From assembly GCF_001194135.2 (NCBI RefSeq), contig NC_068985.1:3250622-3295702 (forward strand): a stretch of 45,081 bases of DNA, written 5' to 3'. The translations under genes were made by a program, and so were the position numbers. This document shows, piece after piece, positions 35,926 to 45,081 of the stretch. Numbering within the stretch: the first letter of the stretch is position 1; the number at the start of each line of letters is the position of its first letter. This DNA comes from Octopus bimaculoides. Lineage: Eukaryota. The notes beneath the pieces were generated by a model. It was given only the letters and a program-made list of their open reading frames with translations. It did not search any database and was not told the DNA's origin.

Positions 35926-37974
35926 TAATATCCCATGATTTCCATTATACGTATGCATGAATAATTTGAAAAATGCCAGCTGTAGGTCTACGTGCCTGTG
36001 TTTTTGATTAGGTACCTGTTCAACAATATACCCGAAGGATTATCTATGAGAAATAACAATTTAAAACATTGATTAAACCTGAAAGTATAGATCGGAAACC
36101 GACTCGTGAAGTTGTTTGTAGAAAATGAAATTATTGGTAACTATAAGGCATTTTCACAAAGTAGAATTCCCTTGGCAACAGTAATTACTCTGTATGTAAA
36201 CACTAAGAATATTTTCTGTCGATTCCTAAAGTGCGAAGTTCTTAGAAGAAAACATCAAAACCGAAACAAAAAAAAGAAGAAAAAGAAAAGCATATTCCAT
36301 GTATTAACGTTTAAAGAAATGTTTCACTTCGTAAAATTATGCTTAATTGATAAACCATAGGTTTTTGTCATGTTGATGATTTCTGAAAAGAATGAAATAA
36401 TGCATTACATAGTCTCCGCCAACTAAAAATGAAAGGTGTAAAAACTTCGTAATAAATAAATAAAACTAAACAAATAAATTCACATGGATTTTATGCAGCT
36501 GTTTCTTCTTAATTCTTTAATTTCAAATTCAAATATCTAATCATGCCAAATATTATGACAAAAATTATCTTCCTTCTATAAACTGCCATTACTAGGTAAA
36601 CCATACGAATGTATGCTTGTACACATCTATCTATCTATCTATTTGTCTGTCTGTCTGTCATCATCATCATTTAACACCCATGTTCTATGCTGGTATGAGT
36701 TGGATGGTTTGACAGGATCCAATGGGTTTAAGTATTGCCTCGTGCTCCAGTGTCTGCTTTGGCAAAGTTTCTACGGCTGGATGCTCTTCCTGATGCCAAT
36801 CACTTTGCACTCCCCCCCCCCCACACACACACACATTTGAAGCGACATTATTCTTCTCAGAAACATGAAGTGGAAATATTTTAAACAAAAATTCTTCAGT
36901 TTTTGTACGATATTCTTATTGGCAAATTTGCTTTTTTTAATATTTCTTTTTATCAATTGTTGGAATAAATTATTTTTAAATATAAATTTTGCATACCATA
37001 TGAAACAAAGTTAATAACAAAGGGTTTTGGGTTATTGATTAGATTTTCAGTCAATATCTAAAAAAAAAAAAGAAAAAGGCCCCTGGCTCGTGTTTCATTT
37101 TGTTTACGTTTGTCAGTCATTGGACAGAGGTTATCCTGGGGAACTCTCTTCAAACTGATAATCATTTGTATCGACGTCAATTAAATGGAGCCAAAGGTTG
37201 TCTTTTAAAGATAGAATTACAAGATATTTCATTCGACTTTACAATTTGTTATCTACCGCCCTTACTAAAAAAACAAGAAATCCTACTACAGTACCGGATC
37301 TCTTGTCCAGCTTCTGAAAATCCGAGTGTTGGCGCAGTACTGTGCGATATATTGTATCCTGTATGGAATAAGTCGGTTAATTTGCATACGTTTTGCTCTT
37401 TACCTTTTTTCTTTTTTTATGTGGATTGATAAAGATTTAACAGACTCTGCAACAGAATTGTATGAATTTGTATCTGTATGTGTTAAATAAGATTGTTCAT
37501 TACTTTTCTCCATTTAATTTCCATCCTATAAACTGTATACACGGTACAATATAATATCAAGAATTTGAAGTAGATTAATAAATATCAAACAGACCCTGCT
37601 TTAGAAGTATATTAATTTGAATTTGTTAAATACAATTTAGCTCTTTACTTTTCATAGTTTATTTTATATTTCAAGTATATATTTAGACTGTTACCAGAAA
37701 ACTGGAAAAAATCCTGAAATCCAGTTGACTTCCAATACCAAGCTCGCCGGATAATTGGTCTAGTAGTGCTGTATTTTTGTTTACCCATCCCAAATAAACC
37801 ATACTTAGGTGATCTTAGTTTTTAACATGACATTTTTACTGTGTGAAACTTTTACTACCATCAGTTTAATATCAAGCAAACTGAAGAGTTAAATTTTTTT
37901 ATTTTCATATATAACATATAAACATCTTTTAGAACATTGTCATTTATAAGATTTTGCTGACACTGCGATCAGTC

Positions 37975-38360
37975 GGCCAACTACATTTTCCACCCTGTGG
38001 CGTTCAAGACGTTTGGTGGGATCGGACCACTGACTGCGAAATTCCTGTCTTCACTGGTCGCTCGTGAGAGCGCTTGGTTGTTCACTGGTGAAGCTCGTGA
38101 GGGCGTTTCTTTGTTCCAGTGCATCAGCCTCGCCATCACGCGGCAATGCTGCAAGCGTGCTGGCGTGCCCCAATAGTCATTAGAGAGGTTTGCCATCGCT
38201 CCAAAATTTTCAACCTAAGGTGGTGAATTTTTTGTTTGTTCATTGTTTTGTAATTTTTTCAACTGTGTTCTTTGTTTCGTCCATTTTTCTAATTTATGTC
38301 ATGTGATTGAGAATTATTGTCTAAATAAAACTTCTTGCTTGGCTTCTAAAAAATAAAAAT
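37975..38360 (+). mobile_element. CRE-clade non-LTR retrotransposon 3' end (RLE C-terminus plus 3'UTR)
   Basis: YIFHPVAFKTFGGIGPLTAKFLSSLVAR..TGEAREGVSLFQCISLAITR resembles the CRE consensus F.P.A.ET.G..G..A..FL..L..R..G..RE..FL.QR.S.A..RGNA; AATAAA and A-rich end. Confidence 0.7.
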
Positions 38361-38917
38361 CATATCCTGTCACAAACAAGCTGACCTCGTGTCTTTAATT
38401 GCAAATAATAAATAAATAAATAATTCATATTATTTTAACCTTACGATTAGAATCTCTGTGTGATCACTGGATGAAATAGAAACTGCAGCAAAATTACCCT
38501 ATAATCACGCCCTCTTATTTTAATCAACAATAAGAACTCAGAAATACAGGACAATATCGCAAACTATTACTCTTAACTGCACCGAAAATATTCCTACTAG
38601 AAATGAGTTGAGCGTAGCACAACGTGCAAATAAAAAGTAAACCAAACCGACATTATTGACGTTTGGCAAAGTGAAAGTGGTTCAATAAATAGGAATATCT
38701 TCCTGAATGACCGACTAATTAGCTATAAAGCACAATGTAAACGACATACGTTTGGAAATGCTTCCAGGAACCTTCTTTTTTTATTGGTTACACGACGTTT
38801 TAATTTTTGGAAATTAATCTCATGTGATACTAAAAATTGTACATTCGGTCGAAGTCCATTCATTCCGGAACTTCAGTTCACTTCTGCAGTTTAATATTAT
38901 TACACAACAAACTCTTG

Positions 38918-39014
38918 ATGTCATCCGCGATGTTTTGGTTTTATCTCAGCTCGATATTTTTTTGCTTAACGTTTGTTCCAACAATTGCTTTGAATACTAC
39001 ACATATTTCTGAAG
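38918..39014 (+). CDS. Probable first coding exon encoding a signal peptide (MSSAMFWFYLSSIFFCLTFVPTIALNTTHISE|G)
   Basis: Upstream acceptor cacttctgcAG (38888-38889); ATG at 38918 or 38930; hydrophobic core; N-T-T sequon; consensus donor G|gtaaga in phase 1; TATAAA near 38725. Confidence 0.55.
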
Positions 39015-41124
39015 GTAAGATCAAATGAATACATTTTCTTTTATTTACTGCAGGAATATAAGAAATGATTTATCTCCCGGAATACGCAAATATGTTATAC
39101 AGGTGATGTCAATAAGACGGGTTTGATCGCGATTTAATTAATAACCAAAGTAACAAGAATTCTCCGAACGAATTTAACGATTATTTCAAAATGTTTACAT
39201 CGGGAAATGATCTACACACAAGAGAAGACGAGTGTAGGAAGTTGTGTTGTTTATGTCTTTTTCCTTCACCTTTTGTCTTTAAAAAAATATTCCTCTTTTG
39301 TTTATCTTAATTGTATTTCTGAGAATCTGAAATTGTGTTGAAGGTAAACGATGAAATTCGTTTAATGGTTTGTATCTGTTCTTCGGCTGTAGATTTACCT
39401 GTAATCATTTAAAAATCATCACTTGATTTTTTTCCACCTATCAGTCTCGCGGGTGGGGGTGGGGGCTTCTTCCACCGAATATTCTATGGAATTGTCTCTG
39501 ATTCATTGAATTCTACACGGTTCACTTTCAGTTGGAGTAAACGTTACAGATAGATGATTATTGGCTACTATTCAATATAGTACCTGATTATTGTTATTGT
39601 TTAGCCCAGGCCAGCTCTGATCCAGCAATTCTGACAATCAAAAGCTTTCCAGCCTCGATCAATCCTCCTCTTTTTTGTAATCTTTTAACTCTGTCCATTA
39701 TGTTTTCCCATTTTTAAGACAGTCAGGAGTGATATTGATCGACGGTAGACGGCGATTTAGATATTGCTTTGAGCGTGTAGAGTGAGCGATTGCTCGTAAG
39801 TTCCTGATGGCAGTGCACATATGAATACCATCAAAGCAGACCAGGATTCATTATATAAACCACATAAAAGTGGACAGGAACGACAAATTAGAAAGAAAAA
39901 GGACAAAAATTTAGCTGTGAAAGGTGGTTAAAAGCTGGCTACTGTGGTAATGCTAGGTTCCAAAATCAAGAAGTTAGGAAAACAATCGAAATTGAAAAAT
40001 GTGACAGCAAGTACAAATCCGTGAATTGCTTTTAACATTAAGCGACGATAAGTCTATTTGAAATTACATATTTATGTTTTTAATCTCTTGTAACAGTAAA
40101 TNNNNNNNNNNNNNNNNNNNNNNNNNNNNNNNNNNNNNNNNNNNNNNNNNNNNNNNNNNNNNNNNNNNNNNNNNNNNNNNNNNNNNNNNNNNNNNNNNNN
40201 NNNNNNNNNNNNNNNNNNNNNNNNNNNNNNNNNNNNNNNNNNNNNNNNNNNNNNNNNNNNNNNNNNNNNNNNNNNNNNNNNNNNNNNNNNNNNNNNNNNN
40301 NNNNNNNNNNNNNNNNNNNNNNNNNNNNNNNNNNNNNNNNNNNNNNNNNNNNNNNNNNNNNNNNNNNNNNNNNNNNNNNNNNNNNNNNNNNNNNNNNNNN
40401 NNNNNNNNNNNNNNNNNNNNNNNNNNNNNNNNNNNNNNNNNNNNNNNNNNNNNNNNNNNNNNNNNNNNNNNNNNNNNNNNNNNNNNNNNNNNNNNNNNNN
40501 NNNNNNNNNNNNNNNNNNNNNNNNNNNNNNNNNNNNNNNNNNNNNNNNNNNNNNNNNNNNNNNNNNNNNNNNNNNNNNNNNNNNNNNNNNNNNNNNNNNN
40601 NNNNNNNNNNNNNNNNNNNNNNNNNNNNNNNNNNNNNNNNNNNNNNNNNNNNNNNNNNNNNNNNNNNNNNNNNNNNNNNNNNNNNNNNNNNNNNNNNNNN
40701 NNNNNNNNNNNNNNNNNNNNNNNNNNNNNNNNNNNNNNNNNNNNNNNNNNNNNNNNNNNNNNNNNNNNNNNNNNNNNNNNNNNNNNNNNNNNNNNNNNNN
40801 NNNNNNNNNNNNNNNNNNNNNNNNNNNNNNNNNNNNNNNNNNNNNNNNNNNNNNNNNNNNNNNNNNNNNNNNNNNNNNNNNNNNNNNNNNNNNNNNNNNN
40901 NNNNNNNNNNNNNNNNNNNNNNNNNNNNNNNNNNNNNNNNNNNNNNNNNNNNNNNNNAATTTCATTGAAAAATATACATTTTTTTTCTAAAAATATAAGG
41001 ACACAAAGTCGTGGTGGTGGTGGTGGTGGTGGTGGGACCCTTCGGTATGGATGCATGCTATGTTAGAAACGGCTGTAATGGTTGTGTTAGTAATAATGGT
41101 TGTAGGCGTATTATTATTATCTAT

Positions 41125-41345
41125 TATCAAGGCAGAAGCTGGTGGAATCGTTAGCATGCTGGGCGAAATGCTTAGAGATATTTCATTTGTCTTTACATTC
41201 AGAGTTCAAATTCTGCCAAGGTCGACTTTGCCTTTCATCCTTTTGGGGTTGATAAAATAAGTACAAGTGAAACACTGGAGTTGATGTAATTGACTATCCC
41301 CATCCCCCAAATTTCAGGCCTTGTGCTGCCAGTTGAAAAGATTAT
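41125..41345 (+). mobile_element. tRNA-derived SINE ending in a (TTA)n tail
   Basis: aaggcagaagctggtggaatcgttagc..gagttcaaattc..gtcgactttgcctttcatcc..tttcaggccttgtgc..gaaaagattattatt. Confidence 0.8.
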
Positions 41346-41369
41346 TATTGTTATTATTATTATTATTAT

Positions 41370-41945
41370 AGATGTCGCACAGTATACAATATCGTGAAGA
41401 TGTTGATTGAAGCTATTGTGTCAACGGGGGGTTTGTATTGTTTGTCAAGTCACAACAAGGGCCACAGACAGACAATACTTTACGCAATAAGCGTGCAGTT
41501 CCAAGTAATGCCGACTTTTGCAATACATCTACATTGTAGGATATTTCTAAAGTATTCAGATGTCTTTTTCAGCTTGGATGGTATTGAACCCAATGCTCCG
41601 ATGACAATAGGGATAACCTTTATGTTTGACTCCCGTAGCTGCCACGTCTTAGTGATCTCAATTCGCTGCTCTCCATATTTATCAACTTTTTCTCCTTTTA
41701 TGATGATGTGTTAATCTCCTGGTACTGCTACATCGATTATTAGGCACTCTTGTTTGTCCTTCCTAAAGGTTACTATATCTGGCCTTCAGTGCTCTAACAC
41801 TCTGTCTGTCTGGAAATCGAAGTCCCAGAGGATTTTTGCCTTCCCCTTTTCGTCCATTACCTTTTCTGGTGTATGTTGGCACTAAGCACCCGTAACCACA
41901 TATCCGTACTTACGGCATGGATATGAGGTTACAGGTGCTTGGTAT
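41370..41945 (-). mobile_element. 5'-truncated R4/Dong-type element: RLE domain and 3'UTR in a (TAA)n tract
   Basis: PEKVMDEKGKAKILWDFDFQTDRVLEH*RPDIV..ECLIIDVAVPGD..KVDKY..VIPIVIGALGSIP..LQKSALLGTARLLRKVL; (TAA)n on both sides. Confidence 0.9.
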
Positions 41946-41983
41946 CAACATTATTATTATTATTATTATTATTATTATCATCA

Positions 41984-44146
41984 TCATACTATAATGGGTG
42001 TAATATCCGTCTGTACTCACATCAATGCCAAACGGTTGGGCCAATTGGCATGAAACTTTGTAGGGGTTTTCGGGGGAGTCTCTAGGGTGGTTTATATATA
42101 GGTTTAGTCCCTCTCCCAGCCCCTATTTTCAGAGAAATTCCATCGAGGTAACTTTGGTAGAAAGAATAGGGTGGCCTATACCCTCCTAAAAGACATGCTT
42201 GACCTCCTCCTTCTTCCCCTGCCCCTATCCCACCACTCCCTCCTACCCAAGTAACACCATCAATTGAGGCAAATTTGGCACCCAGAGGTAAGTTTTGTAA
42301 GAGGAATAGAGATGCCTACCTTCTCCTACAGAGATCAGTCCAACCTCCTCTTCCCCCCTNNNNNNNNNNNNNNNNNNNNNNNNNNNNNNNNNNNNNNNNN
42401 NNNNNNNNNNNNNNNNNNNNNNNNNNNNNNNNNNNNNNNNNNNNNNNNNNNNNNNNNNNNNNNNNNNNNNNNNNNNNNNNNNNNNNNNNNNNNNNNNNNN
42501 NNNNNNNNNNNNNNNNNNNNGAATGAAGTAACTTTGGCAATCTGGGCTTGCTACACTGAATGTGAGAGTCAGATCTCTCCTTTCGAACACATGAACAGAT
42601 TCGAAACATTGTTTACAAAATAGAAGCTGATCATTTGTGAAGGAGCATGTCCACTGTTAACACTTCGGATTTTTACTCTGGTAACTTTTCTTACTATGTT
42701 TCATACTACGATGTATAAAACAGTGAATGACATGATATGCGTGCATTATATTACAGGTCAATTAAAATGTAACAAAAGATTTCTTTATGTTGTTCATTTA
42801 TTATTTTATTCGTGTCAGATCATGACACCAAAACATAAGTCGTCAATTGGGGAAAAAAAACAAGAAATGCTGCTTCTACCAGTTGGACTTGGTCGGACGA
42901 AGATTACAGACAAACCGAACAAGAAAGAGATACAGAAGTACGGAATGCAAAGCGCCAAAATATAGAAGCGAAAAACTCTGAGCAACAAAGAAATACTTCA
43001 GCACATCGATCACTTAGGCTAAATCTGGCCGTCAGAGATGCAGAACAAGAGAACAATACCAGGTCGATCAAGGAGAAGTTCTCCTACAGTTAAAGTTACC
43101 AAACAAACCTATAACACTCGAGCGTGACTGTGAACTAGGCAAGCGTAATTGCAAGTCGAAGATGATGGGTTACAAAATATTTCCCTCGCGAATAGTGAAA
43201 TCGATGAATCACAGATTATAACTGAATTGCAGTGCAAGATAGATTTTGACGAAAATAAGATCCCAATATCACACCGGTCTCACAGCTATGGCAGTTTTGG
43301 AGATTATGAAATGTCTGTTTATACCTCGGATACCTCTGATGTCTTCAGATAATCAGTTTCTATTTCAATTACGACACAGGCAGTTTCCTATCAAATTAAC
43401 CTTCTCCTTTACGGCCAACAAGTCTCAGGGCCAGACTTTGGATTGCATCGGTGTGTTTCTACCCTCTCCCATGTTCAGGCACGCCCAGCTGTATGTCGCG
43501 ATGAGTAGGGGCAACGGATTCAGCTAATTTGAAACTTAGTCATGGACAAAGGGAGAATATTGTTTACAAAGAGGTTTTATAAAGATATCACCATGAACGT
43601 GTTATGTAAATGTTTACATACATATTGTTCAATGACTGGCCTTCATGCGGGTGGCACGTAAAAGCACCCACTACACTCTCTGAGTGGTTGGCGTTAGGAA
43701 GGGCATCCAGCTGTAGAAACTCTGCCAAATCAGANNNNNNNNNNCGATGAGTAGGGGCAACGGATTCAGCTAATTTGAAACTTAGTCATGGACAAAGGGA
43801 GAATATTGTTTACAAAGAGGTTTTATAAAGATATCACCATGAACGTGTTATGTAAATGTTTACATACATATTGTTCAATGACTGGCCTTCATGCGGGTGG
43901 CACGTAAAAGCACCCACTACACTCTCTGAGTGGTTGGCGTTAGGAAGGGCATCCAGCTGTAGAAACTCTGCCAAATCAGATTGGAGCCTGGTGTAGCCAT
44001 CTGGTTTCACCAGTCCTCAGTCAAATCGTCCAACCCATGCTAGCATGGAAAGCGGACGTTAAACGATGATGATGATGATTACAACTAAAATTGTCTCAAT
44101 TTGCACCCTGCTCTTATCACCCGTCGTAGATGGGTAAGTTTGCTAG
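41984..44146 (+). mobile_element. Internally deleted non-autonomous Helitron with both termini
   Basis: 5' A|TC at 41984; N-terminal R..EQ.RD/RNT repeats (42820-43075); PIF1 C-terminus IPRIPL..QFPIKLTFSFTANKSQGQTL..HAQLYVAMSR..NIVYKEVL*; 3' hairpin ACCCGTC-gta-GATGGGT (44119-44135), then CTAG|T at 44143-44147. Confidence 0.9.
43880..44078 (+). mobile_element. Young RTE-tail repeat inserted into the Helitron
   Basis: Near-identical to 1-180. Confidence 0.85.
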
Positions 44147-44369
44147 TTATTATTAATGTTATTATTATTATGCTAAATGATATATTGTTAATAATGGAGA
44201 TGGTTATGAAAGTAGTAATGACAGTGGTATTGTAATTAGTAACAGCATTGAAAGTAGTTGTATTTTGAGTAACGATGCCAGTGGGATAGGTGGTGACGTC
44301 AATAATGACCTGACACTGAAATTAGTTTAACACGAATTCTAAATATCAGAGGAAGCTTAACTGAGAAAA

Positions 44370-44870
44370 TAGTTTTGTGTGTGGAAGGTGCACAGGTACA
44401 ATAAGCACTGAAAATGTACAGAAAATAGACCTCGTCAACTGCCAGTGGGGTAAGCTAGAGGTAGTAGATAGCTTCTGTTATCTAGGTGACCAAGTTAGTA
44501 GTAGAGATGGATGCTCCAAGAGTGTAGCTGTGAGAATAAGAATAGGCTGGGCTAAGTTCAGAGAGCTCTTACCTCTACTGGCAACAAAGGGCCTCTCCCT
44601 CAGAGTGTAAGGCAGATTGTATGATGCCTGTGTGCAAATAGCTATGCTACATGGCAGTGAAACATGGGCTGTGATAGCCATTGGCTGGCATAGGCTTGAA
44701 AGAAATGAAGCTAGTATGCTTCACTGGACGTGCAATGTCAGTGTACATGTACAACAGAGTGTAAGCATCTTGAGAGAAAAGTTGGGCATAAGAGGTATCA
44801 GATGTGGTGTGCAAAAGCAACAACTGTGCTGGTATGGTCATGTGATGCATATTAACAAGGACCCACGCGC
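44370..44870 (+). mobile_element. RTE-clade LINE RT C-terminal remnant
   Basis: KLEVVDSFCYLGDQV..RIRIGWAKFRELLPLL..KGLSLRV*GRLYDACV..MLHGSETW..LERNEASML..WYGHVM. Confidence 0.9.
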
Positions 44871-44954
44871 TTGTACACATACTTACCTCCCTCTTGCACT
44901 CTCCTGTCTTAGAAAGAACTTTTCCTCCACCCCTTCCCCTTCCAGTCCTTCCAC

Positions 44955-45081
44955 AATGTAACCTCGTGGACATCGGTGGCGATTTTTTTTCTTCCTCCAT
45001 TTTTCGCTTCTTTGGACTTTCATTGTTTCCGACGAAGAGCTCCGCTCGAAACGTTACATTCTCTCTCTTTCCTTTGCCAAG
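44955..45081 (+). mobile_element. Penelope-LTR-like tail with a variant hammerhead-like core
   Basis: CCGACGA a GAGC tcc GCTC GAAACGTT at 45029-45055. Confidence 0.5.

Noticed and set aside
39015-39053. GT-AG intron after the signal-peptide exon
   Set aside because: Only 39 nt long, and splicing here gives an immediate in-frame stop (GGA ATA TAA).
40064-41066. Long ORFs spanning N-runs (also 6839-7266, 18890-19349, 28171-28567, 42243-42623)
   Set aside because: Artefacts of translating gaps and microsatellites.
43495-43975. Apparent ~240-bp tandem duplication in the Helitron
   Set aside because: Identical copies flank a 10-N gap (43735-43744); assembly artefact.

Overview
AT-rich animal genomic DNA from a draft assembly with nine N-gaps. 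The (TA)n/(CA)n/(GATA)n microsatellites, tRNA-headed SINEs and (GAT)n-tailed RTE repeats look, from recall, like an octopus or other coleoid cephalopod; this is an inference, not a database match. Most of the window is decayed mobile DNA: RTE LINE fragments and their modular 3'UTR tails; three RLE-type non-LTR clades (HERO-like, R4/Dong-like, CRE-like); a Penelope GIY-YIG fragment; two Helitrons, one with both termini; two Tc1/mariner fragments; and piggyBac-, hAT- and pogo-type MITEs. Small exons of an unidentified minus-strand host gene lie in this repeat matrix, with a probable promoter near 29.1 kb and candidate exons at 25.9, 12.9 and 10.9 kb. A probable plus-strand signal-peptide exon lies at 38.9 kb. 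The most interesting signal is RNA-structural. A ~286-nt tandem unit at 32.3-32.7 kb is bounded by two type-I hammerhead ribozyme cores (retrozyme-like), a tRNA-headed SINE at 25.1-25.3 kb carries a decayed hammerhead in its tail, and a third hammerhead-like motif lies at 45.0 kb. Nearly all ORF-track entries are spurious or transposon remnants. All family assignments come from manual motif recognition.
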